A stretch of 64,000 nucleotides of DNA from Gammaproteobacteria bacterium (GCA_030066085.1 JASJCI010000001.1:132380-196379); one strand, 5' to 3'. Positions 40,551 through 51,802 are shown, counted from the first letter of the stretch. Numbers and translations are program-made. Notes: generated by a model not told the origin, from the sequence alone.

Positions 40551-41882
40551 CTACTCGCCGCGCACCACCTTGGTAATTGCAGGCAAGTAGAATAACAGCG
40601 TTGCCGCACGCAGCAACATGAATAGCGACAGTCCGAGATACAGGCCATGGTTGCCCAGGGCCGGAATGGTCACCTGCAGCAGCGCGAGGTAGAGCAATAG
40701 CGAGACGACCATGGCATTGCGCATTTCGCGGGTGTGTCCGCTGCCGATGAATATGCCGTCGAGCTGGAAACTCCACACCGACAGCAGCGGTGCCAGCACC
40801 ATCCACGGCAGGTAGCTGCGCGCCGCGTCGGCGACGCTGTCGATACTCGTGAACAGGGCGATGATGCTATCGCCCAGCAGGAAAAAGACGATCGAAGCCA
40901 GCAGCGCAATCGCTGCGCCCCACAGCGTGGTCAGCTGGATGGCGCGCCGAAACGGTCGTTCGCGGCGCGCACCGTAGGCGCTGCCCGCCATCGCCTCGGC
41001 CGCATGCGCAAAACCGTCCAGGCCGTAGGCGGTGAAGTTGAGAAAATGCAGCAACACCGCGTTGGCGGCGAGAATGACATCGCCCTGGCGCGCGCCCATC
41101 GCCGTGAAGTAGGCAAAAGCGAACAGCAGGCACAGGGTTCTGACGAAAATGTTGCCATTGGCCTGGAACAGCTGCAGCAGTGCCTTGCGCTCGAGTACGC
41201 GGCCGCGGTCGTAGCGCTGCAGGGCGAGGCCGATCTGGGTGCGCAAAAGGTAAAAACCGAGCCCGGCAGCGAGGTACTCGGCAATCAGCGACGCCAGTGC
41301 CACCCCCTGCACGCCCCAGTCGAAAGCGAGCACGAACAGCAGATCGAGCAGCATGTTGACCAGGTTCAGAAACAGCTGCAGGACAAAAACCGCGCGCGTA
41401 TTGTGCAGGCCGATCAAAACTCCCATGAACACGTAAGTGCACAGCACCGCCGGCGCGCTCCAAAGGCGGATGCGCGCATAGTCGGCGGCCAGCGCTTCGA
41501 CCGCGGCGCTGCTGTCGACCAGCTGCAGGGCCAGCCCGATCAGCGGTCGTCCGGCCAGGCAGGTCAGCACACCGAGCGCCGCGGCGAGGATCAGCACGCG
41601 CAAAATGATATCCGACAGTTCGCGCCAGTTGCTCGCGCCGTATGCACGGGCCACGAAACCGGTGGTACCCATGCGCAGGAAACCGAAACCCCAGTAGAGG
41701 AAACTGAATATCAGCGCGCCCAGCGCGACCGCGCCGATCGCTGCCGGTTCGGGCAAATGCCCGACGACGGCGGTATCGACCGCGCCCACCAGCGGCACCG
41801 ACAGGTTCGACAGGATAATCGGTCCGGCAAGCACCCAGACCTTGCGATGGTTTACTTCGAGTCCACCGCCGAGATCAGCCAT
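40551..41882 (-). CDS. MATE efflux transporter (DinF-like)
   Basis: NLSVPLVGAVDTAVVGHL, FLRMGTTG, LDGFAHAAE, LDGIFIG. Confidence 0.9.
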   Translation of the reverse strand: MADLGGGLEVNHRKVWVLAGPIILSNLSVPLVGAVDTAVVGHLPEPAAIGAVALGALIFSFLYWGFGFLRMGTTGFVARAYGASNWRELSDIILRVLILAAALGVLTCLAGRPLIGLALQLVDSSAAVEALAADYARIRLWSAPAVLCTYVFMGVLIGLHNTRAVFVLQLFLNLVNMLLDLLFVLAFDWGVQGVALASLIAEYLAAGLGFYLLRTQIGLALQRYDRGRVLERKALLQLFQANGNIFVRTLCLLFAFAYFTAMGARQGDVILAANAVLLHFLNFTAYGLDGFAHAAEAMAGSAYGARRERPFRRAIQLTTLWGAAIALLASIVFFLLGDSIIALFTSIDSVADAARSYLPWMVLAPLLSVWSFQLDGIFIGSGHTREMRNAMVVSLLLYLALLQVTIPALGNHGLYLGLSLFMLLRAATLLFYLPAITKVVRGE

Positions 41883-43272
41883 CGCGACCGGGGTCGGACC
41901 AGCGCAGCTCGTCGCCCTCTTCCGGTTCGCTCACCCGCTCACGGGTTTCGTCGTGTGCCGACAGATAAAGCTGGTTGGAGGTAGCCTGGGTCGATGGCAC
42001 CGCGACGAACGGCTTGCGCTTGTCCGGCGTACCAACTCGCCGGCGACGCGTGATGATGGCAAAAATCGACAGCAACAGGCTGATCAGCGCGAAGTAGTAA
42101 AACAGGCCGGTCGGGCCGAGGAAGTGCATGAACTGCCCCGCCACGATCGGCCCGCTGACCGCGCCCGCGCCGTAAGTGATCAACAGCGCACCCGCGACCT
42201 GCACCCGCTGATGGGCACCGACCTGGTCGTTGGCCGTGGCCGCGGCCAGCGAATACAGCGTGAAGACGAAAGCGCCGAAAATCCCCGCGCCCACCAGGAT
42301 CAGTAGAAACTGCTGCACGAAAAGTTGCCAGATCGCCGCCGCGGCAACCACCAGCGGGATCAGCACCAGCAACGGACCGCGACCAATCCGGTCGGACAGG
42401 TGGCCAACCGGCCACTGCAGGAACAGTCCGCTGATAATCAGGGTGGCCATGAAGGTCGACAGCTGCGCTTCGCTGAGGCCGATGTTGGTTGCAAACACCG
42501 GTCCGAGCCCGTGAATGCTGGCGTTGACCAGCCCGCAGCAGAAAACGCCGAACACCCCGAGCGGCGCGAGACGAAACAGTTCGGCGATTGGCATGCGCCG
42601 CGACTGCACCGGCACCGGTGCGCGCGATCGCGTCAGCAAAACCGGGATCAGCGCCAGCGAGAAAAGGATCGATGCCAGGCTGAACAGCAGGAATTCAGAG
42701 GGATCGCCGACGTTGAGCAGAAACTGGCCGCAACCCGCGGCGAAGTAATTCACGGTCATGTAGAAAGACAGGATCTGGCCGCGGTTCTGATTACTCGCAT
42801 TTTCGTTGAGCCAGCTCTCGGTGACCATGATCATGCCTGCCATGCAGAATCCCGCCACCAGCCGAAACAGCATCCACGCGTAGGCGTCGACCACAATCGG
42901 GTGCATCAATGCGGACACCGACATCATCGACGCGAAGGCCGCGAACGAACGAATGTGCCCGACTCGCGTGACGACACGACTCGCGAACAGGCCGCCGAGC
43001 AGCAGGCCGCTGAAATAGGAAGCGACGACGAAACCGACCAGCACGGTCGAAAAACCCTCGACCTGGGTGCGCACGCCGAGCAGGGTCGAAAACAGGCCAT
43101 TGGCCAGCAACAGCAGGCCGTAGCTGAGTAGCAGGGAAAAAACGGTGCCGAGCGTCTTGAGCAAGGGCGGGGTTTCAGGAAGCTGTTTGCCGCCTGTTAC
43201 TCTAGAACAATTCCCGCGCGATATCACCCGTAAACCTGCGTTACGAGCGGGTTTTTGCCCGGCCGGGCTCAT
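41875..43272 (-). CDS. MFS transporter (YcaD-like)
   Basis: RVGHIRSF, ESWLNE, LQWPVGHLSDRIGR; true start probably downstream (e.g. TTG at 43164). Confidence 0.87.
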   Translation of the reverse strand: MSPAGQKPARNAGLRVISRGNCSRVTGGKQLPETPPLLKTLGTVFSLLLSYGLLLLANGLFSTLLGVRTQVEGFSTVLVGFVVASYFSGLLLGGLFASRVVTRVGHIRSFAAFASMMSVSALMHPIVVDAYAWMLFRLVAGFCMAGMIMVTESWLNENASNQNRGQILSFYMTVNYFAAGCGQFLLNVGDPSEFLLFSLASILFSLALIPVLLTRSRAPVPVQSRRMPIAELFRLAPLGVFGVFCCGLVNASIHGLGPVFATNIGLSEAQLSTFMATLIISGLFLQWPVGHLSDRIGRGPLLVLIPLVVAAAAIWQLFVQQFLLILVGAGIFGAFVFTLYSLAAATANDQVGAHQRVQVAGALLITYGAGAVSGPIVAGQFMHFLGPTGLFYYFALISLLLSIFAIITRRRRVGTPDKRKPFVAVPSTQATSNQLYLSAHDETRERVSEPEEGDELRWSDPGRDG

Positions 43273-43330
43273 TCATTCGGGATTCAGCTCGAGTTCGCAT
43301 AATAAAAGGACCGTTTGCCACCGATATCGA

Positions 43331-43365
43331 TTTTGACAAATACCCGCCAATCGCTTTACCCTGTG
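43331..43365 (+). promoter_or_regulatory. sigma70-like promoter, copy 1 of a duplicated 35-bp element
   Basis: TTGACA-N18-TACCCT; 30/35 identical to 45368-45402. Confidence 0.7.
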
Positions 43366-43483
43366 CGCCCTAACGTGGACCTGCATCGTGTCCTTAACCC
43401 GCACGGGATAGCCATGCTGGCGTCAAGATCGAGCAGTCGTTAACTACAAAAACTGAACTGAGTTTTAACCCCGAGGAGTAAAA

Positions 43484-45112
43484 ATGACAGACGTTAAATC
43501 CAAAACCGAGCTCGGTTTCCACCACCTGAGCCAGGCCGACCGCGACCTCGTCGACAAGATGGTCAGGGGCGGCAGCGGCCAGGTAACTCGACGCGATGCC
43601 CTCAAGCTGGCGATGGTCACCGGTGTATCGCTGACGGTCGCCGAGCAGTTGCTGACCGACGGCAAGAAGGTGCTGGCCGCCACGCCGAAGAAAGGCGGCT
43701 CGGTGCGCATGGCGTCCAACCTGCACGGCCCGGACGATCAGCTCGACCCGATCGTGTTCACGTCGACCATCGACTATACCCGTGGCCGGGCTACCTATAA
43801 CAGCCTGACCCAGATCACCGAGGGCCTGATCCCGTCTCCCGACCTGGCGGAATCTTTCGAGCCCAACAGCAACGCGACCGAGTGGACCTTCAAGATCCGC
43901 AAGGGTGTCACCTGGCACGACGGCAAACCGTTGACCGCCGACGACGTGGTTTACAGCATGAAGCGCCACATGGGCGAGAATTCCAAGTCCGTCATCAAGT
44001 CGGTGCTGGCCTCGGTCTCCGACTGGAAGAAAACCGGCCCGATGGAGGTCAAGGCCATCCTGAATACGCCGAACGCGGACCTGCCGGTACTGACCGGCCT
44101 GTTCCAGGCCAAGATCGTGCAGGAAGGCACCGACGGTGGCGGTATCGGCACCGGTCCGTTCGTGATGGAATCGTTCGAGCCCGGGGTAAAATCCGTGCAC
44201 GTACGTAACAACAACTACTGGCGCGAAGGCGCACACCTCGATGGTTGCGAAATCACCGCGATCACCGACCCGGTTGCGCGCACCAATGCGCTGATCTCGG
44301 GTGACATGCAGCTGGTCACGCAAATCGATCCCAAGGCTTTCCGCCAGGTCGAAAGCGCGGACGGTGTCACCCTGCTGTCGACCCCGGCGGCGCTGCAGCT
44401 CGGTATCTGCTGCCTGAAAAACGCCAGCCCGGGTGAAAACGACGACTTCGTCAAGGGTATGCAGTACATCCAGGACCGCAAGCGTATCGTCAAGCGGATC
44501 CTCAAGGGCAAGGGCACCGTCGGTAACGACACCCCGATCTCGGCCGCGCACGGACCCGACTTCTGCAACGAATTGCCGCAGCGTGAATTCGATCCGGACA
44601 AGGCCAAGTTCCACTTCGACAAGGCCGGCGTCAAGAGCGCCGAACTGTTCGTTGCACCGGTCACGTCCGGCATCGAGGACATGTGCCTGCTGGCACAGGC
44701 CAACTGCGCCAAGATCGGTTTCGACCTGCAGCTGAAGAAGGTCCCGACCGACGGTTACTGGGGCGCGGTGTGGATGAAGGAACCGCTCAACGTCGTAACC
44801 TGGAACATGCGCCCGACCGCGAATTCGCAGATGGCGATCCAGTTCGGACCCGGTGCCGCGTGGAACGATACCTTCTGGAACAACGAGCGCATGGGTGAGC
44901 TGTTGAGCCTGTCACTGGCGGAAACCGATCCTGACAAGCGTCACGCGCTCTACTGCGAAATGCAGGAGCTGATCCACAACGGCAGCGGCATGGTCATCCC
45001 GGCATTCTCCAATATCAACGACGGTATTGCCGACAACGTCATGGGTGTGCCCAACATCCCGCTCGGTCAGCTCGGTGGCAACGAGTGGCCGGAGTTCGTC
45101 TGGCTGGCCTGA
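43484..45112 (+). CDS. ABC importer substrate-binding protein, family 5, Tat-like leader
   Basis: TRRDALK twin-arginine; PDLAESFE, GVTWHDGKPLTADDV, GTGPF; GAGGAG RBS. Confidence 0.92.
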   Translation: MTDVKSKTELGFHHLSQADRDLVDKMVRGGSGQVTRRDALKLAMVTGVSLTVAEQLLTDGKKVLAATPKKGGSVRMASNLHGPDDQLDPIVFTSTIDYTRGRATYNSLTQITEGLIPSPDLAESFEPNSNATEWTFKIRKGVTWHDGKPLTADDVVYSMKRHMGENSKSVIKSVLASVSDWKKTGPMEVKAILNTPNADLPVLTGLFQAKIVQEGTDGGGIGTGPFVMESFEPGVKSVHVRNNNYWREGAHLDGCEITAITDPVARTNALISGDMQLVTQIDPKAFRQVESADGVTLLSTPAALQLGICCLKNASPGENDDFVKGMQYIQDRKRIVKRILKGKGTVGNDTPISAAHGPDFCNELPQREFDPDKAKFHFDKAGVKSAELFVAPVTSGIEDMCLLAQANCAKIGFDLQLKKVPTDGYWGAVWMKEPLNVVTWNMRPTANSQMAIQFGPGAAWNDTFWNNERMGELLSLSLAETDPDKRHALYCEMQELIHNGSGMVIPAFSNINDGIADNVMGVPNIPLGQLGGNEWPEFVWLA

Positions 45113-45136
45113 TCCAGGCTGCCAAACCAGCCCGCG

Positions 45137-45171
45137 AGGCCTGCATGGAGTCATCCATGCAGGCCTTTTTT
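45137..45171 (+). terminator. Rho-independent terminator
   Basis: AGGCCTGCATGGA-GTCA-TCCATGCAGGCCT followed by a T run. Confidence 0.88.
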
Positions 45172-45367
45172 CTGGCTCCTGCAATCAGCGGGAGTCTCGA
45201 ATAAACTGGCCAAGGCAGGCACCGGCAAACTGCGCCCGTGGGCTCGATTTCGGGCCGCGGCGGGCGTTCGAACGAAGCGGATTCGATCCCTTGCCACCGC
45301 GTGCCTGGCCGCCGCGGCTTTCATCCGGGGGCCTACCACGCGAATACCTGCACCCGCGCCAATTCAT

Positions 45368-45402
45368 TTTTGACAAACACCGGGCAATCGCTTTAACCTA
45401 TG
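45368..45402 (+). promoter_or_regulatory. sigma70-like promoter, copy 2 of the duplicated element
   Basis: TTGACA-N18-TAACCT upstream of the permease genes. Confidence 0.7.
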
Positions 45403-45597
45403 ATTTCGACCGATGACTGCATCACGTCGTCCACGCAGATACGCGCAGCCCAGGGGCTCGAGACCTTATCCGCGGGACAGGAGCAACGCGCGAGTCGAAC
45501 CGAGACCTGGTTCGGAATTCCAGGTGGCCCGGCCGGGATGCCGGGATAATAAAAATACAGGGAAACTCGAAAAACAAAATCAGGGGGGAAGTATCCA

Positions 45598-46548
45598 ATG
45601 ATGATGCGCATGGTGTGGCAGCGGATCGGTATCGGTTTTGCCACCTTAATCGTCGTGTCCATAATCGTGTTCATCGCGACCAGCCTGTTGCCGGGCGACG
45701 TAGCCCAGATCATTCTCGGACAGAGTGCAACACCCGAAACGCTGGCCGCGCTGCGCGCGGAGCTTGGACTGGACCAACCCTGGTACGTCAGGTACTTCAG
45801 CTGGCTCGGCGACATGATGACCGGCGACCTCGGTATTTCCAAGGCCGGCGGCGCCACCATCGCCAGCCTGATCGGTGGTCGTGTTGGCAACACGCTGCAG
45901 ATGGCGGCACTGGTGGCGGTGATTTCGATCCCGATCTCGATTGCGCTCGGCCTGTGGGCCGCGATGCACCCGGGCACCTGGCTCGATCGCATCGTCACTT
46001 TCGGCACCCTGGCCACGATCTCGGTACCCGAGTTTTTCATCGCCACGGTGCTGGTACTGATCCTCGCGGTCGAGCTGCAGTTGCTGCCGTCGACGGCTTA
46101 TCTCACCGGCAACGAAAGCTTCGGTCAATTATTGAAGGCCCTGGCAATGCCCCTGGTCACGCTAGTGATCGTGGTGTCGGCGCAGATGATCCGGATGACG
46201 CGTGCCGGCATCCTCAACGTCATGAGCTCTCCCTACATCGAGATGGCGATCCTGAAGGGCGTACCGCGCAAGCGTATCATCCTGCGCCACGCGTTCTACA
46301 ACGCGATCGGCCCGATCGTCAACGTCATCGCGCTGAACCTGGCCTACCTGGTCAGCGGCGTGGTTATCGTCGAGACCATCTTCGCCTATCCGGGACTCGC
46401 CAAGCTGATGATCGACGGCGTACAGACCCGCGATCTGCCGCTGGTGCAGGCCTGCGCGATGATCTTCTGCGGCACCTACGTGGTGCTGATCCTGTTGGCC
46501 GACATCGGCTCGATCGTTTCCAACCCGCGTCTGCGGAATCCCAAGTAG
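45598..46548 (+). CDS. ABC permease (DppB-like)
   Basis: LPGDVA, LGLDQP, EAA-type YIEMAILKG, VETIFAYPG. Confidence 0.93.
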   Translation: MMMRMVWQRIGIGFATLIVVSIIVFIATSLLPGDVAQIILGQSATPETLAALRAELGLDQPWYVRYFSWLGDMMTGDLGISKAGGATIASLIGGRVGNTLQMAALVAVISIPISIALGLWAAMHPGTWLDRIVTFGTLATISVPEFFIATVLVLILAVELQLLPSTAYLTGNESFGQLLKALAMPLVTLVIVVSAQMIRMTRAGILNVMSSPYIEMAILKGVPRKRIILRHAFYNAIGPIVNVIALNLAYLVSGVVIVETIFAYPGLAKLMIDGVQTRDLPLVQACAMIFCGTYVVLILLADIGSIVSNPRLRNPK

Positions 46549-46563
46549 GCGGAGGACTGTTCA

Positions 46564-47493
46564 ATGACTGACAACGTGCAAGTAAACAAGGACAAAGAAC
46601 AGGCCGTCATCGACGAACTCGATTCCTTCGCGGAACTGCCCGACGCGCCGCCAAAACGAAAGTTTCGCCTGTCCTGGGTGGGCTGGATGTCGGTCGGCGT
46701 AGTCGTGTTCTGGCTGCTGATCTGCATCATCGGCCCGAGTATCGCGCCGTTCCACGAAATGGACATGGAAGGCGACGACAGCTTCCTCGATGCCTACTCC
46801 GGCGAATACGGTACTTTCGTGCTCGGTACCGATTACCTCGGACGGGATACCTTTTCGCGCATTCTTTACGGCGCGCGCAACACGATCGGCATATCGCTGG
46901 CCGCCACGCTGCTCGCCTACCTGATGGGGATCACGCTCGGCATCCTGGCCGCGGTCAAGGGCGGCTGGATCGATATGGCGATCAGCCGGGTAAACGATTC
47001 GATACTATCGCTACCGACGATCATGCTGGGCCTGATCGTCATCGCCGCACTCGGCAATTCGATACCGAACCTGATCGGCATCGCCTCGGTGATTTACGCG
47101 ACATCCGTGTTCCGCATAGCGCGTGCGCTCGGGCTCGACATCATGGTGCAGGATTTTGTCGAGGCGGCGCAGACACGCGGCGAAGGTATCTGGTGGATCA
47201 TCCGCGCGGAAATCCTGCCGAACGCGGCCATGCCGCTGGCCACCGACTTCGGCCTGCGCCTGGTGTTCGTCGTGCTGTTCATCTCCAGCATGAGCTTCCT
47301 CGGCCTCGGCGTACCGCCACCGGCATCGGACTGGGGCGCGATGGTGCGTGAAAACCTGCAGGGCCTGACTTACGGCTCCTGGGCCGCGATCTGGCCGGCG
47401 ATTGCGATCGCGTCCTTTACCATCGCGGTCAACCTGATCGTAGACGATATTTCCGCCAAGTCCGGCGGCAGTCTCGCCAAGAAAATGGTGTAG
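46564..47493 (+). CDS. ABC permease (DppC-like)
   Basis: LGTDYLGRD, FVEAAQTRGE, SFLGLGVPPP, DWGAM. Confidence 0.93.
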   Translation: MTDNVQVNKDKEQAVIDELDSFAELPDAPPKRKFRLSWVGWMSVGVVVFWLLICIIGPSIAPFHEMDMEGDDSFLDAYSGEYGTFVLGTDYLGRDTFSRILYGARNTIGISLAATLLAYLMGITLGILAAVKGGWIDMAISRVNDSILSLPTIMLGLIVIAALGNSIPNLIGIASVIYATSVFRIARALGLDIMVQDFVEAAQTRGEGIWWIIRAEILPNAAMPLATDFGLRLVFVVLFISSMSFLGLGVPPPASDWGAMVRENLQGLTYGSWAAIWPAIAIASFTIAVNLIVDDISAKSGGSLAKKMV

Positions 47494-47497
47494 AACA

Positions 47498-49399
47498 ATG
47501 GCAGAAGACAAAGAAAAACTGTTCGAGATCGAAGGCCTGCGTATCAGCGCCAAGAATGACGAAGGCGAAGAGGTCAAGATCGTCAAGGGTGTGGATTTCA
47601 ACATCCACAAGGGTGAAGTCGTCGCGCTGATCGGCGAATCCGGCTCGGGTAAAACCACGATCTCGCTGGCGACCCTGGCCTATACCAAGCCGGGCCTGTA
47701 CTTCTCCGGTGGCGAGTGCCGCCTGTTCGGCAAGGACGTATTGTCGATGTCACCGGTCGAACAACGCGACCTGCGCGGCGGCAACGTCGCCTACCTCGCG
47801 CAAAGCGCGGCGGCAACCTTCAACCCGGCGATCACGATCAACGAACAGGTCACCGAGGCCGCCGTGTTGCACGGTCGCCTGACCCAGGAAGAAGCCAACG
47901 AGCGCGCGATCGAGCTGTACCACGCGCTGGAACTGCCCGACGCCGATCGCATCGGCTATCGTTACCCGCACCAGGTATCGGGCGGACAGCTGCAGCGCCT
48001 GATGGCGGCGATGGCCCTGTGCGGCAAACCCGACCTGATGGTGCTCGACGAACCGACCACCGCGCTCGACGTCACCACCCAGATCGAGGTGCTGAAAGCC
48101 TTCAAGAAGGTTATCCGCGAGCAGAACTCGGCCGCGATTTACGTCACCCACGACCTCGCCGTGGTGGCGCAGGTTGCCGATCACATCGTCGTGCTCTATG
48201 CCGGCGAGGTCATGGAACAGGGTTCGGCGGACCAGATCATCAACAACCCGCAACACGCCTACACCAAGCGCCTGATGGCGGCCGCGCGGCCGAAACCGAC
48301 CTCGGGCATGGGCGAGGCCGTCACCAACGAGCATCATCGCGACATCGACAATATCGAGGTCAAGGACATGACCGCGGGTTACGGCGGCATCGTCGACGGC
48401 GAACCGGTGGTGCCGATCCTGCGCGACATCAATGTCAGCGTCAGAAACGGCCACGTGGTCGGGGTCATCGGTGAATCGGGCTGCGGCAAGTCGACGCTCG
48501 CGCGCGTCATGGCCGGCATGCTGCCGCCCGCGCGCGGCGACGTGATACTCGACGGCAAGAAACTCGAGGGGTCACTGAAAAACCGTTCGCTGGAAGAACT
48601 GCAAAAAGTTCAGTTCGTGTTCCAGATGGCGGATACCGCGTTGAATCCGAAACAGCTGATCGGCAATATCATCGGCCGCCCGCTCGAGTTTTACCACGGC
48701 CTGACCGGCAAGGAAAAACACAAGAAGGTGTCCGAGATCCTGGAAATGGTCGAATTGCCACCGGCATTCGCCAGCCGCTACCCGATGGAGCTTTCGGGCG
48801 GGCAGAAGCAGCGCATCAACCTGGCGCGCTCGCTGGCGGCCAACCCGGAAGTCATGCTGTGCGACGAGGTTACCTCGGCCCTCGACAGTATCGTTGGCGC
48901 CAACGTCATCAAGCTGTTGACCGATCTGCGCAACAAGACCGGTGTATCCTTCGTTTTCATCAGTCACGACCTGTCGACGGTAGCGTCGTTTGCCGATGAA
49001 ATCGTCGTACTCTACGCCGGCCGCGTGGTCGAGCAGGGCCCCGTCAACGATGTACTGGATCCGCCTTTCCATCCCTACACGCGCCTGTTGATCAGCTCGG
49101 TTCCCGAGATGCGGATCGGCTGGCTCGAGGATACGATGCAGAAACGCGAGATGGCGGTCGGTATCGCCCGCGGTGTCGAAATCACGCGCCGCGGCTGCCC
49201 GTTCTACAATCGCTGCCCGATGGCGATCGAGGGCACCTGCGAAATGGACACCCCGCCGCTGCGGCAGCTCAAGGAAGGCCACGAAATCCACTGTCATCAA
49301 ACCATCGAGGCGCTGGAAGAAGCCGAACGCGAAGCGCAGCAGATCCTGCACGGCTACGAAAAAATCGGTGAAGACGATCAGATCCCGACGGCCCACTAA
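47498..49399 (+). CDS. Fused double ABC ATPase (DppD/F-like)
   Basis: Two Walker A motifs ([16 protein letters not shown]), two SGGQ signatures, C-terminal GCPFYNRC...C...C. Confidence 0.93.
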   Translation: MAEDKEKLFEIEGLRISAKNDEGEEVKIVKGVDFNIHKGEVVALIGESGSGKTTISLATLAYTKPGLYFSGGECRLFGKDVLSMSPVEQRDLRGGNVAYLAQSAAATFNPAITINEQVTEAAVLHGRLTQEEANERAIELYHALELPDADRIGYRYPHQVSGGQLQRLMAAMALCGKPDLMVLDEPTTALDVTTQIEVLKAFKKVIREQNSAAIYVTHDLAVVAQVADHIVVLYAGEVMEQGSADQIINNPQHAYTKRLMAAARPKPTSGMGEAVTNEHHRDIDNIEVKDMTAGYGGIVDGEPVVPILRDINVSVRNGHVVGVIGESGCGKSTLARVMAGMLPPARGDVILDGKKLEGSLKNRSLEELQKVQFVFQMADTALNPKQLIGNIIGRPLEFYHGLTGKEKHKKVSEILEMVELPPAFASRYPMELSGGQKQRINLARSLAANPEVMLCDEVTSALDSIVGANVIKLLTDLRNKTGVSFVFISHDLSTVASFADEIVVLYAGRVVEQGPVNDVLDPPFHPYTRLLISSVPEMRIGWLEDTMQKREMAVGIARGVEITRRGCPFYNRCPMAIEGTCEMDTPPLRQLKEGHEIHCHQTIEALEEAEREAQQILHGYEKIGEDDQIPTAH

Positions 49400-49420
49400 A
49401 TCAGAGCGGATGCAAATGAC

Positions 49421-49804
49421 ATGAGCGACTATCCACGTCTTAAGGAAATGGGGATCAATAATCCCCATGAAATCGAAAAATTCGGGATCTACACCGTGGG
49501 GACGACCGACGTGCTGCAGATCACCTACGATCGTAAACCGGGTTCGCTGCTGCCCGTGAGCCGGCGCTACAAGTTCCCGCAGGCGAAGAAATCGGTCATG
49601 GTGGATAGCGGTACCGACAAGGCACAGGTGCTCTACGAGAGTGTCGGTGCGTTTCGCGAAGCGGTGCACGAGCTGGAGCAGCTGCGTGCCGAGCGCGCCA
49701 AGGGCCAGGATGTGGCGGCGTTGATTCGCGAGGAACTGCGCCTGCTCGAGGAAGACATCGCGCTGCGTACGCAATACATCAACTCGCTGGTCGATCGCCT
49801 CTAG
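49421..49804 (+). CDS. DUF3461 (YaeH-like) protein
   Basis: YPRLKEMGI...DVLQITY...GSLLPVSRRYKFP; coiled-coil C-terminus. Confidence 0.8.
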   Translation: MSDYPRLKEMGINNPHEIEKFGIYTVGTTDVLQITYDRKPGSLLPVSRRYKFPQAKKSVMVDSGTDKAQVLYESVGAFREAVHELEQLRAERAKGQDVAALIREELRLLEEDIALRTQYINSLVDRL

Positions 49805-49814
49805 ACTGCTGCAG

Positions 49815-49840
49815 GCCGGTCTCGCCGCGACGAGACCGGC
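49815..49840. terminator. Hairpin between convergent genes
   Basis: GCCGGTCTCG-CCGCGA-CGAGACCGGC; no clear U tail. Confidence 0.5.
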
Positions 49841-49841
49841 G

Positions 49842-51134
49842 CTATTCCCCTTCCCTGCCCTTCGCCTGCTCGTCGGCGTATTCTTCGCGCGCGTAGTACT
49901 GCGTCGCGTCGATAGCCGATCCCGACGGGTGTACCGCGGTCAGCGTGCTCGGTCCCTGCTTCGCCAGCGGCACGGGCGGCCGGCGCAACATCCTGAGCAG
50001 GGCAAACAGTCCCAGCAGTCCATGCGCAACGGCGATCGACCAGAACAACGCGGCATCGCCGTAGCGGTCCATCAATGCCGCGATCAGCACCGGTCCGACG
50101 ATCGCGCCGATACCGCCGGTCAATACCAGCGCACCGCTGGCGGCGATCATCTGGCTCGGATCCAGGTGGTCGTTGGCGTAGGCGATACAGATCGAGTACA
50201 GCGGAAAAGCGAGCCCGCCGAGCACCGCCACCGCGGCGAACAATACCGGTAACGAGTAAGCCGCTGCCGGTACGCAGGCGGCCGCCGCAACCGCGGTCAG
50301 CAGGCTGATCGTGGTCAGCACGATGCGCCGGTCGAAACGGTCGGACAAAATGCCAAGCGGTGCCTGCAGCACCAGGATTCCGATTACCGCGGCGGTCATG
50401 AAATACGAGATGTCGCGAATATCCAGCCCGGTACGCTGGGCGTAAACCGGGCCGAGCGCAAAAAAAGTCGCGGTGACGAGACCAACCACGAACATGCTGA
50501 CCACGCCCAGGGGCGTGATCCGGTACAGCTGCAGCAGGCTCAGGCGCACCGAGTCACGATGCGCCGGCGTCGATCCCGCGGACAACAGCAGCGGCACGAC
50601 CGCGATCGAGATCAGGATCGACGTCAGGATGAACAGCGGGTACTCTTCCGGCGGCGCCAGGTTCAGCAGCAGCTGGCCACCGCCCACGCCGAGATAGGTC
50701 ACCAGCATGTACAGCGACAGCAGGCTGCCGCGGGTTTCATTGCTGGCACGATCGTTGAGCCAGCTCTCGGCGACGATGTAGAGCCCGGCGAAACAGAAGC
50801 CCGTCACCAGGCGCATCGCGATCCACACCGGCACCGTCACGAACAGCGCGTGCACCAGGATCGCGGTCGAGGATATCGCGGCGAAGGCGGCAAATACGCG
50901 CACGTGGCCAACGCGCACGGTCAGCCATGGAGTCGCCAGCGAACCGAGCAGAAAACCGACATAGAATACCGACATGACCAGGCCGGTCAGGGTGGCGGAA
51001 AACCCGGCCAGGCCGGCACGCACCGGCAGCAGCGTGCCCTGCAGGCCGTCGCCGAGCATCAGGATGCCGAAACCGGCCAGCAGCGCCCAGGACGAGGCCA
51101 GCGCATCCAGCAATCCCGCCCTGGGCCTAGTCAC
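49842..51134 (-). CDS. MFS transporter (YcaD-like), paralog of 41875-43272
   Basis: RVGHVRVF, ESWLND, LSDRFDRR; probable GTG start overlapping the TetR stop. Confidence 0.87.
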   Translation of the reverse strand: MTRPRAGLLDALASSWALLAGFGILMLGDGLQGTLLPVRAGLAGFSATLTGLVMSVFYVGFLLGSLATPWLTVRVGHVRVFAAFAAISSTAILVHALFVTVPVWIAMRLVTGFCFAGLYIVAESWLNDRASNETRGSLLSLYMLVTYLGVGGGQLLLNLAPPEEYPLFILTSILISIAVVPLLLSAGSTPAHRDSVRLSLLQLYRITPLGVVSMFVVGLVTATFFALGPVYAQRTGLDIRDISYFMTAAVIGILVLQAPLGILSDRFDRRIVLTTISLLTAVAAAACVPAAAYSLPVLFAAVAVLGGLAFPLYSICIAYANDHLDPSQMIAASGALVLTGGIGAIVGPVLIAALMDRYGDAALFWSIAVAHGLLGLFALLRMLRRPPVPLAKQGPSTLTAVHPSGSAIDATQYYAREEYADEQAKGREGE

Positions 51135-51750
51135 CACGATCTCCCGAGCCCGGCACACGCAGCGCGACTCCCTGGCTGTGCAACAGTCGATAGCAGTCGT
51201 GGCGCGCATCCTCGAGGCTGAAGTCTTCCGCGTGCAGGCAGTATTCGAGCCACAGGCCATCGATCATTGCGATCAACTGGCGCGCAAGGCTTTCCGCTTC
51301 GAATCCGGGATCGTCGCGGCGGACAAAAGCCGCCAGGGCCCTGGCTATGCGGGCCTTGTAGTTCTGGTAGCGCTGTTCGTGCAGGACACGTAATTCAGCA
51401 TTGGTCGCGATCTCGCCCCAGACGGTGAGCCACGCCCGCAGGTTGGAGCGGCGAAAGGTCGACGCGTCAAAATTGGAATCGATCACGTGGCGCAGCACAT
51501 GCTCGGCGACCTCCGATGGAAAAGATTCGACCAGGTGCGCCGTCATCGCGGCATAAATCTGTAGCAGCAGATCTTCCTTGGTCCTGAAGTGATGGTTGAT
51601 CAGGCCGCGCGAAACCTGTGCTTCGCGACAGATGTTGTCGATCGTAAAGGCGCTGATGCCGCCGTTGCCGAGACAGCGGATACCGGCCTCGATCAGCTCG
51701 CGTTTACGCACCTCGGCGGTTTTACGGCGATATGCAATATTCCTATCCAA
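51127..51750 (-). CDS. TetR-family regulator, BetI-like
   Basis: RKRELIEAG, EAQVSRGLINHHF HTH, AWLTVW, AMIDGLWL. Confidence 0.87.
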   Translation of the reverse strand: MDRNIAYRRKTAEVRKRELIEAGIRCLGNGGISAFTIDNICREAQVSRGLINHHFRTKEDLLLQIYAAMTAHLVESFPSEVAEHVLRHVIDSNFDASTFRRSNLRAWLTVWGEIATNAELRVLHEQRYQNYKARIARALAAFVRRDDPGFEAESLARQLIAMIDGLWLEYCLHAEDFSLEDARHDCYRLLHSQGVALRVPGSGDRGD

Positions 51751-51802
51751 TTCAGTTATTTACCGGGCGTTGATGCAAAAAAAATATTGCGCCAGCATAC
51801 AC

